DNA of 64,000 nt, from positions 744,001 to 808,000 of the forward strand of contig NW_021832231.1 of assembly GCF_006345805.1 (NCBI RefSeq), written 5' to 3'. Below the pieces are notes generated by a model. That model worked only from the letters and a program-made list of their open reading frames with translations, was not told the DNA's origin and made no database searches. The stretch comes from Octopus sinensis. Taxonomy: Eukaryota. Position numbers and translations under genes: made by a program. Below are positions 26,713 through 40,230 of this stretch, in pieces (position 1 is the stretch's first letter; every line of letters begins with the position of its first letter).

Positions 26713-27889
26713 AAAATATTTTTCAATGCTTATGATACATTAAATGAAACTTTTAATAAATTTAAAAATCCTAATTCTACTATTACTTCTTGATTCATTA
26801 AAATCAAAAACAAAAAAGTAAATTATAAAATTAGTCACCAGAAACAAAAATGAAAAAACCATTGATTCAAAATATTGTCAAGCCGAGTTTTTCCACAGCC
26901 AAACCAATCTGCCCTTGTCCATATTCAAACAGCTTACAGACCCTGATGTACTTTAAGATTTATTTATTATTTGTACACTAATAATAAATCATAAGTAATT
27001 AAGTTTCAGGGTTAGTGTATTTCCACATGCATTTTCAAACCTCCTGTTATCAGCGCGTATCATTAATGATTGTCACCAGAGGGTTGGATCTGGTTCCACA
27101 TTTGATTTAATAAATGACAACCCAACACAGAATATACCCGATTGATTACAAACTCCAGACCGTAGTGACGCCAGGTCGTTAGGAGAGTAATAAGCGTATA
27201 ATCCGCTATCTTGGAGCTTCTATGCTCTGTTATTTTTGTTTTTGCAAGCAAAAGACATCAATTGAAAACGGGGTAGCGGATACAAAGCGCAAGAAAGACA
27301 TTTAACAAAAAAATCAAATCTGACTTAAAAAATAACTTGAGTTATTATCAGAACTTTATTAAAAATATTTAAATCATTAATTCTTCTTTAAATAAACTCC
27401 AAGAAGCACTATAACCTATTATATTAAGCAAACTTTAAACCGTTATACATAAAGTAACAGCAAGCAGTACATAAAAATAGTACATTGATTATTTAATAAA
27501 AAATTCAACATGAAATATATTATTCTAACGAAAAAAGATATAGCAACACTGATTTCCCAATTACAAAATGTGACTGGCTATTATTCAAAGCCTTTGTGAT
27601 GACAGAATCCTCTTACAAAAGTGCTTCTAGATACATGTGAGAACTGAAAATCCCAAATTGATCAGTCATAGTAATCTATGAAAACAAATTTTCGCCCACG
27701 CCCACGCAGAGTAAAGGTTTTAAAAATGATTTAAATACTAGTTTAGTATCTTTTCTAATAGGAAGTGTATAACGTCAATGTTCCTGTTATGTTTATAAGT
27801 TTATTGATATATGTGATGTAATTATGAGAACATCGAAAAGTTCAGATGAAATTAGTTTTTAATTATTACGTCTGCTTTCAATCGATTCT

Positions 27890-28330
27890 TCTCCTCCTTG
27901 AGCCCGAGCCAATGTCTTCGAAGAGCACATTTATCTATTTTACACGGCAAGCCACTTCATGGTTGTTCTCGAGTCCGATTCTATGGCCTCACTGAGGGAT
28001 GTTTTCTCCATCGTTGTCTCTGCAACTCGGGTCATTTGACGATCTTTGGGTGGGTACATCCCAAACTTATATTTTGTACGAATGCTCTCCAATTTTTCCG
28101 GATGACTACATACTGGATATAGGCTCGTGTGGATCCTTCAACACCAATTGAGTCCCAGTGATGTTTGTAGAATTTACTTACAGCACCGTCCCACGTTAGT
28201 ACTAGTGGTACTATAGTTACCTTTGCGTTGTGAATTACTCCCAGTTCACTGGCATGGAAATCATACTTAAGAAACTTTTCCACCTCAACTTGTTTTAGGT
28301 TTTTTTGATAAGATTTCTTTTGTGAACAGT
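27890..28330 (-). mobile_element. R4/Dong-like retrotransposon C-terminal (REL) remnant
   Basis: LKQVEVEKFLKYDFHASELG..IVPLVLTWDGAVSKF; homologous to 31126-31560. Confidence 0.65.
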
Positions 28331-28822
28331 GAACAACAGGACTGTTGAAACGTTCATTTTTAATCTGAATTAGCATTCCAGAGAAACTACTGACCCAACT
28401 TTATCATTTATTGTTGACAATTTGAAAATTTATATGAGTGCTACTTATTAAAAAAATATCAGAGAAAGAGTCCAAAATATGATATCAGATAAGTTTTGTG
28501 AATAACCAAGTGTATGCTAGTGCTAGCCCAGACTATTTTAGTTAGATCTGCAGATAGATTAAAATCCGAACATCTTTATATTTATAAAAAATGCTTTTTG
28601 TTAATTTCTTTTCATCTAAAAGATATTAATAGATTGTACCATTGACAAAAAACTTCAAAATAACATTTTTACGTTAAAAGATAAACAAAACGCTTAAATT
28701 AGACATCGGTATAAAAAAATTCAAAGTTTGTAAACCTGATTTTTTAAAACTAAGAATGTGGATATTTTTTAAACTAGACGAAAGTCAAGCAAAACATATA
28801 GACACAAAAAATTAGAAAATAA

Positions 28823-29315
28823 TTAGCAGCCTCCAGCACCCCGTTTAAAATGAGATTTATTCCTGGCTTGTTCAAACTGCCTGTCCAAATCATTGAAAAT
28901 CTTTTCTTGATTTTTGTTACCTTCGGAAGAGACCTCGGCACTGGGTTCCGCGGATAAACCAACAAGTCGTCTAAATTTATTAGCCGTTTTGCTGTCGTGA
29001 TTGGCGGATATGGCGGCACTCGTCATCTCCCACTTGGCCTCCGCAGTCTCTATTTGTTACAAATTCCCAAACAGGAGTTTTAGATTTCCACAGCAACTTT
29101 CTCTTCTCCATATTCTGGACGTACTTGTTCGCATGTTTTGGATTTACATAATTCGGAGCGCCTTTCCTTGGCGACCTAGACCTGCCATATATTGGCTGAG
29201 TGACTCACTTTGAGGCCAGTCCAGTCTTTTGAGGAGATTTGTCCCAACGAGCTGTGCCTTATAAAAAAATAAAACATTTAGACTGACGATCGCTTGAAGG
29301 TGAAGATGATGGCAT
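28823..29315 (-). CDS. RSRC2: RSRC2-like protein (SMAP domain), lacking the RS-rich N-terminus
   Basis: APNYVNPKHANKYVQNMEKRKLLW..KWE..KFRRLVGL..QEKIFNDLDRQFEQAR..RGAG; two short introns. Confidence 0.75.
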
Positions 29316-29648
29316 TTTATTTACTATAATATTATAATCATTACTTAACTGTCACTATTAAAGTCGTTATTGTCCTAAAAATAGTCATTTGTAATATGTT
29401 AGTGACAAAAAAGAAAAAAAAATTGAGACAAAAGGAAAACCATATCGAAACAAATTTGAATTAATAGTTTATATTTCATTAATTTTAACAAAAATTGACA
29501 ACTTTTAAATTTTAATGAAGTAAATACAAGAATTTTGCTTTTCTTTAAATAAACTCATACTAATAAAGTCTCAACAAATATTTTATTCTGAGTTTTTAAG
29601 ATTTCTGAAACACGAATGAGCAGATCCACGTCAACGTACAATCTAGAT

Positions 29649-31107
29649 CAGGGATGTCAAACTCATTTCGCTTTGAGGGCCGCATTTTGTAACAATTTCG
29701 TATCGAGGGCCGCATTTATAATAATTTCTCATTAAGAGAAACTAAATTATTGAATTATCGCCCTTTAATTTTGGTGAGAGCTGCTTCCAGAGGATTGACA
29801 TCTTTTTTTAGATACAATTTTTGATATGTCAGGCTGAGCTATTCGTGTAGTTCCGACTTTTATTAAAGAAGATAAATGTTCATCAGTTAGTCTTGTTCTT
29901 TGAGCAGTTTTTGTCATTTTCATAACTGAAAAAAGCTGTTCACACACATACACCCCTCGTCACTGAAAACCGGACAAGTTATTTTTGATGATTTTATTAA
30001 TTAAATATGAAAAATCAAAAACTTAAGCTTAATATTTTTACTTAATAATAATAATTGTGTAATAATTATTAATTATACTATTATAGAACTAATATTTAAA
30101 GCAGAATTTCAATTTACTTAAGACATGTAAAACCGGACAAAACTTTTATAGATCTAAAAGTCGTTGAAAAGAAGCTAAACTTTTCATTTCGTCTGTGTTT
30201 TGCCCTTTCATCTCCATAAATAAAATTATTTGAATCTTTTAACAACTTTGTGAAGTGATAACCAGCGGACTGGAGTATAAAAAGGAATGTCGCTGAACTG
30301 ATTATTAATATCTGTCAGCAGTTTACTAAACTGCCGGTGATTGAGGGAATGACCTCTGATATAGTCTACTGTTTTCGTGACCAAACTAATGGTATTTTCC
30401 ACTTTTAATATCTTTGAGCACAAATATTTCTGATGAATAATACAATTAAAATGAGCATGCTAAATGAAATATTCGAATTTTAACAAATCAGACTTTAATT
30501 GGTGTTTCAAATTTCATGCCATTTCATTAATGTGTTTGGCAACAGTGTTTCTTGTTAATGAAATATCTTTAAACAAGTGGGCGTCGTCTGGACAAATAAT
30601 ATTCGCTGTTTTTACAAGGCATTGCTTGAGGAAATCACCATCACAATATGATTTTCTATTTACTGCAAGCATTCTGCTGATTTCATAGCTTGCAGTGACT
30701 AATGCAGTACTTCGATTATGATTTTTTGTGAAATAAGTTTGTAACGCAGATAAATTTTTTCGCAATTCATTTAGCATTGAAACACGCATTGAACCTTCTT
30801 GGTTAATAAGAAACTTAATACCTTCGAAATAATTGTATGATAAATGATTAGATTGATAATGCCTCTTTAGGTTGTATTCTTTCGGTATAGCGATAAACTT
30901 GTTACATATCAAACAATGTATTTTTCCATCAACCATTGTGCAAAAATAGGAAAGTTCCCATTTATCTTGAAACACTCTCCGTTCATCTTTCAAGGAGCGT
31001 TTCTTTTTTATTCAAGAAGAAGCACGTGACATTAACAAACACGATTTAAAAATACAATTAAAAATTTTAATTAAATGTAAAAAAATAAAAAACTTTAATT
31101 AAATGTA
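29649..31107 (-). mobile_element. Deleted hAT (Buster/SPIN/GTF2IRD2-like) transposon
   Basis: TIR CAGGGATGTCAAAC preceded by atcTAgat; the same octamer recurs at 31108-31115 but the second TIR is not seen. FQDKWELSYF..CLIC..KEYNLKRHY, TPVRWLS, YVCEQLFSVMK..RTRLTDEHL. Confidence 0.85.
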
Positions 31108-31125
31108 ATCTAGATTCTAGATTCA

Positions 31126-31560
31126 GTGACTACCTCCTCAACAGACATCGATAACCCGTGCTTTGTCTCGGCTTGCAAGCTCTCTAAGGTCTGGATGTAC
31201 ATCTTCACCCTGTCCTTTACGCCAAGCACCTACAGATGCTTTTTGAAGAATTCTGACACTATTCCGTCCCAGGTCATGACGACAGGGACGACCTCCGCCT
31301 TAGATCGCTCCCAGTTTTATTAGCCAGGAAGGCGTATTTATGGAACTTTTCCACTTAGACCTGCTTGAGACAATTTTGCGAAGTAATCCCCACTTTGATA
31401 AAAATTGTGTTGCTCGATTTGTCATGAACAAATATGTCTGGCTTGTTATTCGGAATAGCATTATCAGTCGGAAGGTTTGTATCGACTCGGATTTTTACAA
31501 ATTCATTAATATTAACAGATTGGACTGAATGGGTTTTTGATTTTTTCGGCTTTTTAATTC
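31126..31560 (-). mobile_element. R4/Dong-like retrotransposon REL remnant
   Basis: IRVDTNLPTDNAIPNNKPDIFVHDK..VGITSQNCLKQV..VVPVVMTWDG. Confidence 0.7.
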
Positions 31561-32802
31561 TATATTGGCGACATTGACGTAAATGACCATTGACGTAAAT
31601 GGCGTCTAAGGTAGGGACCATTAAACATTCGCCCATATCTGGTAGCAAGGTGATCGAAGGTCTTTTTGGATAAGTTACAATCGCTGAACTTATTCTCTTT
31701 GTTACTAAAAAAACTCTTTCCTTGTAGAAATCCGGTTTGATTGATTATTTCATAATTTTGAAGAATACTTAATAACGTAATATTATTACATTATAATTGA
31801 CTATATAATGAATGCAAGTTTGTAATTTTTACCAATTTTATTTGGAATAGTCCCATATTACTAATTATGTTCTCAGTTAATTATGTTTTTCTGAGTTTTG
31901 TGTAAATATTTATGGAGTGTTTTATCATGTCACCAAAAAAAATAATATTTCTCTCACCAGAAACACATTAATCAAAAAATACAAAGTTGAATAAAAACAA
32001 TAATACATTCATGTTTTCAGTATAATCACATTTAGAATTTTTGTATACATTAGTTATCTTCAAATTTATAGCAAACTATTCTTTCCACTTTATCTGCCTA
32101 AAAACTATTTTTTTATTTCTCAAAAATTATATTATTATGTCAGTTTTTCCAAAACAGCATTTCCAAATTTTATAATTATTAAACAACAAACAAATTAAAA
32201 CAAATATCACTAGTAACTACAGTTGCTTCAAAAAATTTAGAATAAACATTATTCATTTTACATAAATGATTTTTATCTGACTTTGTTCATCTATCAATAA
32301 AGAAAAGATACATTAAATTAATAGCCACGACCACACGACTCACAGTTTCTTTGGATAGAATTGGAAGGTCTGTGTCATTCGGATTTAAACAAATTTGTTG
32401 GTGATAACAGATTGGACTGTCAACTTTTTAATCCATTTGATCACTCTGTTATGACATTTGTTATAGGGGCCATTCAGAATTCTACCACATGATGTAGTAA
32501 AGTAATCAATTGTCTTTTTGAATAAGCTGCAGTCGATACAAATTTTTTATCCGTTTTTGAAAAACAGGTATCGATCGTGCAGCAGGCACAGACTGGCTTC
32601 AGTCCGGGAAGAATAAAGTTTAGACGTTTGAACAAAATAGGGTGCAAGAGCTTATTTTTGATTTTGTTTCGTAAATATTCATTTTGGACTTCCATCAGGA
32701 TTGAGTCCGATAATTTTTTTAATTTTTTATTTTATATTCAAAAGTTATCAAATTGTTTTTTAAATAACGTAATTAATAGTAGATTCTTATTGGTCTTTGA
32801 CA

Positions 32803-33987
32803 ATGTGGTATTTTGCGGTTTTGATAGGTTTTTTATGGAACTGTGCTTTAACTTCATCAAATTCAAAAATTATTATATTCCCTGGTCAAAACAAGTAAAA
32901 CTAAACAATTCACCCAAATAGCAAATATAACAACAAAGTAGAAAGCCTTTCCGACCTATGTTCAAATTCCCAAGTGAAACTTATTCACCTGACAGTAGTA
33001 TCACCTCAGAATATAATGCTGGCCAACCCAAATAGCTTAATGTACTTAATCCAAGTTAATTACCTTAATTATACTCATTAAGAAACTCGCAAAGAGCTAC
33101 AATTACACTGAGAGCTCGATTGGAGGATCGATTCCCGAATGTTTCCTTTTCTCTACTCCAGCAAATGAGTCTCCCTCTAGTACTTGCTCTTTTATTACCA
33201 TTAGTAATGCTTAAGAATACTATCGACCAATTTAAGCAGAATGGGGATAGTTCACTGGCCTTTGTCTGGGAGGAAGAGTCAGATTCCTTCAGAATTAAGC
33301 GTCAAATTGGGAGTAGTGGACAGTTTATATCGACAAACTGCATTTTGCTGTATTTCCAGTCTGCTGAGCTGATTCTCACCACCAAGATTCCCCTCCAACT
33401 CACCAACTCTTCCTACGACAAGAACATGGACTGTTTGTCCCCATAGTTTGTAGTACTGTTTATTTTTAGTGTAAATCTGACCTTTGTTCCCCTCAACCAA
33501 CCATCTTCTGTCTCCGTCCATGTTCGGCATGTTATGTGATGGCGTAATACTGTAGATTGAGTCTGACTAAGAGTGCGAGGACGTGGGAGGTGGATTCGGC
33601 CTTGATTACTGTTAATGGCACCAGTGGAGTAGAGACTGCGGTGGTGGCCACTCCTGATATTTCGAGTGAGGTTGGGATGAGTTATTTTTGTCCCTCGACT
33701 ACTTTTTTGCGTTCAGATGACTCGCTCGGTCTGGAATTGACACATTTCCAGGTTGAGGGTGAGAGGCATGTGAGTAGATTCAAACTCCTTCGGACAACCA
33801 GGTCTTTCAGAGTGCGCGTGACTGTCGGGGGTTTGTCACTGTGCCAATATTGATGGGATATTTCGTGTTTGTATTGCTTGCCTTTTTCACGGTTGGTGCT
33901 GTGTGGATGTTGTCCTCCATTCAGCCTATCCAGAGGTTTGATGACTCCAAGAAACCGACGTTTTATATTCCGTCCCAGGACTTGTAG
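32803..33987 (+). CDS. ATP6AP1: V-ATPase accessory subunit S1 / Ac45
   Basis: Signal peptide MWYFAVLIGFLWNCALTS, furin-like RIKR, SYFCP, THFQIQ..FQSARDCRGF-TM-IQPIQRFDDSKKPT*. Middle exons only partly resolved. Confidence 0.8.
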
Positions 33988-34693
33988 TTCACATTAATAT
34001 TATTAACATTTATCATTTCAATCTTATTTGTTTACTTTTGAAATTGAAGGAAAGGTTGTTTGTAGGATTCCTGAAGGAAGGCTATAAAAGGTGGATGTCA
34101 TTCGTGTATCTATGTGGAAAAGCTATTATTCAATAATTTCTTTTAGTAAATAAAAGTTTTTTTAAATTAAATCTAAGTAAAATTAGAGACACAATAAGAC
34201 GAGTTGCTAAGTCTATTGATTTATTGATTGTGGTTTTTTAATAAGCGAATAATTATAGAAGAGCTTAATTTCCAAATTAGTAAAATTAAATCAATCCCCA
34301 GGGAGGCCCGCAAGCCTACCCAGAAAATTCCAATGTATGTTAAAGCTGATATTTTATTCGAATTAAATTCTGTAATATATTGAAAAACGACGTAAAAAAC
34401 AAAATGAATAGACTATGTCGTTATATATATAAAGTTGAAAAAGGAGATCTTCGAAAATCGAATCTTTTCTAAAAATTTTTTTTCTAAAAATAAAAGAGAT
34501 TATTATTAAAGTACGTAGGAGAGAGATTTCCAACAATAAAGAGTAAAAAATCTGTAAATAGTGTAGCCTTAATTACATTTTGTTTTGTTTTAATGAATAA
34601 TTATAACTGATCACAACTTTAAATATTTAAAAAAGTAAAATTTTTATCAAATAATTCTTGTGTGTATTTTTTGTTTGCTGAAAACGAATTATA

Positions 34694-35857
34694 ATGCTAC
34701 GTCAAAATTCATCTCAGGACCCACAGGAAATTTTTATGGAAGAAAACGGGAGTTCGCTCAGTCACATGATTGGTCCCTACGTATTGGGCGACACAATCGG
34801 GAAGGGCTCATTTGCTAAGGTCAAAGACTCAATTCACGTGGAAACACTCAAAAGATATGCAATAAAGGTTTTTACAATGAAAAAACTCGAAAAAATTCCA
34901 CAAGGAATTGAATCAATGGACTCGGAAATTCGAATATTGAAGGAATTGAGCCACAAAAACATATTGAAATTATACGACTCACTTTATTGTGAAAATAGTC
35001 ATAAAATGTACTCCCTGCCTCCCAATTAGCTTCGTCATCATCGAACTTTGCGCCACCTCGCTAAAAGATCTCCTCGACTCTGCCCCGAAGAACAGACTTC
35101 CTCAGTTCCAGGCTCAACGGTAATTCTTAACTTGATTTTCAAGGCTGTTTCAGCAGGCAGTGGAAGGAGTGGACTATCTCCACAGTCGCATGATAATTCA
35201 CTTGGACATAAAACCTGCTAATTTGATGCTCAAATTTGACTGGACCTTAAAAATCGGGGACTTTGGAGCAGCACAGGTGGATTGGTGTGTCTGATTGACA
35301 GAGCTTAGAGACGACGCAGACAGTCAAGAGTAGAGGCTCCCCCGCATTCCAACCTCCAGAAGTTTTATCAGACGGAGATGTCATTCTCCCCTTCTCAATT
35401 GATCTGTGGAGTCTAGGAGTCACTCTGTAGTCCTCGTTGGTCGAGCATAGTTATTGCATGGTTTTTGGAGAACATCCCTTCATGGGAGACACTGTGTACA
35501 TTATTTGTAACAACATTCAATCCGGGTCTTACTCTTTTCCCGACGGAATTGGTCCCGAACATATTCATGTTATATCTCTTGTCGAGGACCTGCTTGTGTC
35601 TGATCCCCACCGTCGAGCAAGCCTGAAACAAGTCTTTCAAAGTAAGTGGTTGCGGACCAAGTTGCCTCAACTAAGCAAGTCAGTTGAGTTTCCTTTGAAC
35701 TCTGACTTTGACACGACTACGATTGGAAGGTTGGAGAGTATGTACATCGAGGGACCAAAGGAGATGGGTATTCGAATATGAGGTTGAGTGTGTAGACATT
35801 CCTGTTAGAAGGGCCAGAAAAGCAAGTAAACTCAATTCGATGTGTACTATGTCTTGA
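34694..35857 (+). CDS. STK11: Serine/threonine kinase LKB1
   Basis: IGPYVLGDTIGKGSFAKVK, KKLEKIPQG, RLPQFQAQ, HLDIKPANL, DFG, GSPAFQPPE. C-terminal RKAS and CaaX-like CTMS*. Five short introns. Confidence 0.9.
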
Positions 35858-36829
35858 TTTTATGTTTTACTATAAATTATATTTCCGAGAGATTTGGTAT
35901 TTATGTACTACAATTCTATTTTTGTTGAACTTGTTTGGACAAAATGGGCGCATCCTAATTCCATAACTTAATTCTGTAAAACTTTATAGTAGTGTGGATT
36001 CCAGGTCTACCATAATAGAACGAAGACTTTTTTTGAGAACTGTTATGATTTGCTATGATTTATTATTAATAATTTGTTTGGATCAAAGACCTTTAATCTT
36101 AGTGATCAAAAAAAATTGCTAGAAACAGCCTAAAATAATAACCTGCACTATGAAAACAAAAAAGTGCATTGTAAATATCTGGGATACATATTTATTTGTC
36201 AAATTTTTTTTCTGGTAGAGCCCAGTGATCATGTGTTAAAATAAATACATTAAAATTTAAAATTGTTATTATTGATTTGAGTGATAAATAATAAGGGTCT
36301 CAATCAATTCAATCTCACCTGCACACTTTTTATGGTAATTAAATTGTTCTGTTATTACAAATAAAAACTTTTTCTTACGTCTAATGGTCGGTTAAGGTCA
36401 GCAAATAGCACATACATTTCATGCCCGTAGCTTTTTACAGTAGTAACTTTCAAAGGAGGCTTTATGGATAACTCATACAGACATTTCCGATCTGGCACTC
36501 CGGCCTATTTGGACGGTGACATTTATTATTTTTTTATTCAAAAAAGTTTTTTATTTGAAGAATTTCTGAGTTTATTGATATTTATCGCATAAACGGTCGA
36601 TAAACAAAGCTAAGCTTCTGACCATAAGGGTTCTTTTGTAGACAAGGTGAATGTACAAAGTTATTTTGACCTAAAATAAGGTTTAGGACTGTGTTGAATG
36701 TCGTGGTGAGTTGAGGATAATAATCCCTCCTGGCAGATTCCCAGGCAATTTTTTTTTAATTCCATGTTTTCATTTATGAGTCAGATTTATATATCTCGAG
36801 AAAAGAAGTGTATTTATTAAAAGACAGTT

Positions 36830-36950
36830 AAAAAACGGGGATTTGGACAGAGGTGACGGCAAACGCCCTGACGGCTTAACTACATTCCCCTTTGAGCAGG
36901 GAAGATCCCTTATATGGGATTCCACTTGCTGTGACACATTCTCGAGAAAT
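36830..36950 (+). mobile_element. CRE-like REL remnant
   Basis: [35 protein letters not shown] on the plus strand. Confidence 0.7.
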
Positions 36951-37239
36951 ATTTTGAATTTTAGTCTTCTTTCAATTGCCATGTAACTTTCCAACCGGCT
37001 GCCCCTAACGTAGATAAAAGACAATAAATCTGTTTATTGCCGAGTAAATTACTAATTTTATTAATTCTAGTCAAAACGATTGTTTGCAATTAAACCGGTA
37101 ATTACGCCTATTATTGGTTCTTTCTCAAGAGAACGATACATTGTTGATCTTATCGATTTAAGACGCTATTAGACCCAAAATGAAAATTATTCCTGTAAGA
37201 TTTAGTGATATAATTAATAGATTCTTGTTTTATTGGATT

Positions 37240-38715
37240 ATCTTATGTCACAACGATATTTTTGTTTTTGTGTTTAAACCAATCTTTAAAACGATGAATC
37301 TCATCTAAGAGTGCATTAAATAAAATGTTGGATGCTATAAAATATACGTCCATTAAATAGTAAGAGACTACAATAAATTTGTCTACGAAACTACAAAAAA
37401 AGCTTTTTGACCATTTGTTCGACATCGAGTTTGGGAACTTACCGAATTGTAAAGTTGCGGACAAAAGAAAATAGTCCTAGAAAATATTGTAAAATTTGGA
37501 GAAAAAATGAAAATACAGAGATACAATGAAGTTGAAAGTGGCGATGAAGTTTTAATACGCGCATAGAGATGCAAACCTGGATTATAGAAAATATCCATTT
37601 TACGACGAGATATCTGCACAAAAATATATCGTGAAAGATAGGATTCGGCTTTGTATTCATGCTGTTTAGGAGTACAGTAAGACGTGGATAAGATAGGTTT
37701 GTCGTCACAAAAAGATAGCAAACACAAAATTAAGGGCTAATAGTAAGCTTAAACTGTAAGTAGTTTATGATTATTTTCATCTCTTGTCTAGAGACCTCTG
37801 AAATTGGTTTTCGACAAGGTCGCCAATCATCGGAAATGTTTCGTGCCAGGTCGGAATTTTAGTTCTCAGATTCACACTAAAGGCCACATTAAGCGTTAAT
37901 CTTTTTGTTTTCTCAATCATCAACCCCATAGGCTTCGCGCATGTCGGGTCGTTGAAATGTCCGATAAACGACTTGATGGTCGGTTTGAACACATTTGCCT
38001 TGGAGGAATCCACCAGCAGATCGAATTCTTCCATAAATTTCGAAATTTCCTCAATTTTTACTGAACTTGAGGCTCTGTATACGAGGTAGACTTTCATGCC
38101 AACGAGAATGTGCACCGCAAATGGCATTCTACAACGACACCTCGCATGCTCGTAACAGATAAAACCGTGATTAGGTGCGAGGACTCGGTCAGGTTTCTGG
38201 CCACTTGTTCTTTTTTAACGGCTGCTTTCTGCAGTTTGTCACTTTCTAGTCACATTACTATTATCTCACTGACTACAATCTACAAAAAATTCAATTATTT
38301 TAATAAAATTTGTTGTAGTCTTTCGGCAATGACAGCAGCCACACGAGTCAGAACAAACTTCAAATCAATCTAGCAGCGAGAGTTGACGTCACCTTAAGAT
38401 AAGATCGCCAGGATTAGCTTTGAACCTGCTGACTCTGGCCAAATGTCACAAAACGTTCACGAAATCTGCGGCCAAACCCAGGGTAGACTCGAAACTCGTG
38501 GAAATTCTATGGACGACCTAACCATCTTAATACACACGCTGACCAAATGTGCCATTACATAAAACTCGTTCATATCTTTCTGTAAATCCATAAACTTGTG
38601 AAAATTGTTGGTGCTTTCCTCTCACACCAAATCATCATTACCGTACAGTCCGCAAAAGTTGGCCATGCTGTCGAATTTAAAGATTTTTTTACAGATCAGG
38701 GAACTCCTCAGTCAT
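37240..38715 (-). CDS. Unidentified multi-exon gene
   Basis: Elevated GC, several ORF blocks (e.g. 37777-38127) separated by about 25-nt GT..AG segments. No domain recognised; boundaries approximate. Confidence 0.45.
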
Positions 38716-39096
38716 TTTCTGGCATTATTGCTAATAAATTAGACTGATAAACGGAGAAATATCAAAAACACAAATAGGTTTATTTTTTCGTTAAAACAGA
38801 ATGTTGAGGAAAAGGCTGTCCAGTTCAAAGTGTCTATCCCTGAAACTGGGTCGCCTATTTAAGAAATTCCCGGAGATATAAGAGAATTAGCTCTGAGAGT
38901 TTCGGCAATTTGAATTCCTTCGTTGGAATTTAGTTTGAGCAGTGCATTAAAGTAATAGAGGACATCAGTAGGAGTGAAATATGTTATTGTCGTAATTTGA
39001 CTATAAGAAACAATATTTTAAAGAATCTCAAGTATTAAATCAAATTATCTTTAAATTAGTACAATCCAATTAGGTTATTAAATTTCATTCATTATT

Positions 39097-40230
39097 TTAG
39101 AAGAATAAGGTCAGTTGCCAATATAATACAGCTATAAACCAAACTGATAATTTGATCGAATTTTGAGATGCATTATTTCCTTTCATCTCATTATTCTGGG
39201 GTGGAAGAGTAGTCTTTGAAGTCATTGATTCTATTTCAGTGCCAGGGGTATTCTGGGGTGGAAGAGTAGTTTTTGAAGTCATTGATTTGATCTCAGTTCT
39301 AGGAGTATTCTGGGGTGGCAGAGTAGTCTTTAATGTATTACTTAATTAAGGATACTTACAATTGGCTCTACAATTGGGTTATTCAGAGGTTCTTAAATAT
39401 CTGTGAAATGAATACTAACCTTCGCAAATTGCCATTAATTTAGTGTCAAAAAATCTTGAAATATAAATATCACCATTTTCAATAATAAGTCCATCAAATA
39501 TTGAACTGTCGGACTGTCCCAAATAATATTTCCCTCCAAACGACAAATCTATTTGTGTTGAAAGGATTCATACATTTTAGATACCGTCGAACTGAATCTC
39601 CAACAGCCGCGGCCAATTTAGCGTTGTACATTTCGCATTTATTCTTCTGGGAAAAGAAATCCCTTGGTTTTCTCAACGTGAAAAAACACTTGTCATAAAT
39701 ACAATATTTGGTCCCTAAAAGTTGTGAATTATTCATTTACGCTGGGGACTTAAAGTAGTCCTAAAGCATTAATTCAATAAAGTAATACGTGCGTTGTATT
39801 TCGACATGTGTATGTAACTGAGGCGGCCTTCTACTTCGGCGGACAGGCACTATTTGTGCTAGAACTCACTCACCTTGACAAATATAGTGACATTGCAGAT
39901 GACAATCCGTTTTAATGTTATTATTGACAATAACGTTGCACTCTTTATTTGGTTTTATAGAGAAAATCCCAAAATAGTAGCATTTTCTTTGATCCAGTAA
40001 TGCTGCTTTTAAAAATGTTTTTTTTACGTTTGATTTGACTGTAACTATTGACGTCAAGGATCGCCAATTGCCATCCCAACTTTTCACATGTTCCCAAATG
40101 ATCTCTGAATTCAGTAGTAAAGTCGAGAATAGTGTAACAGTAGTCGAAACATTTCTTGGGACCTAAAGATCAGCACATTCAAAGCAACAATCATCTTCTA
40201 TATATAGGCTATTCCAATAACGGTCCAGTT
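39097..40230 (-). CDS. Putative GPI-anchored surface protein with Cys-rich C-type-lectin-like modules and a Thr/Pro-rich stalk
   Basis: YCIYDKCFFTL..CEMYNAKLAAA and ..DCHLQCHYICQ motifs, TTLPPQNTPGTEIESMTSK repeats, hydrophobic C-terminus. 5' end not resolved. Confidence 0.45.
39193..39331. repeat. 57-bp coding tandem repeat (about 2.5 copies)
   Basis: attctggggtgg(a/c)agagtagt recurs at 39193, 39250 and 39307. Confidence 0.9.

Noticed and set aside
39193-39331. CRISPR-like repeat/spacer pattern
   Set aside because: It is a 57-bp coding tandem repeat with similar inter-repeat sequence; eukaryotic context, no cas genes.
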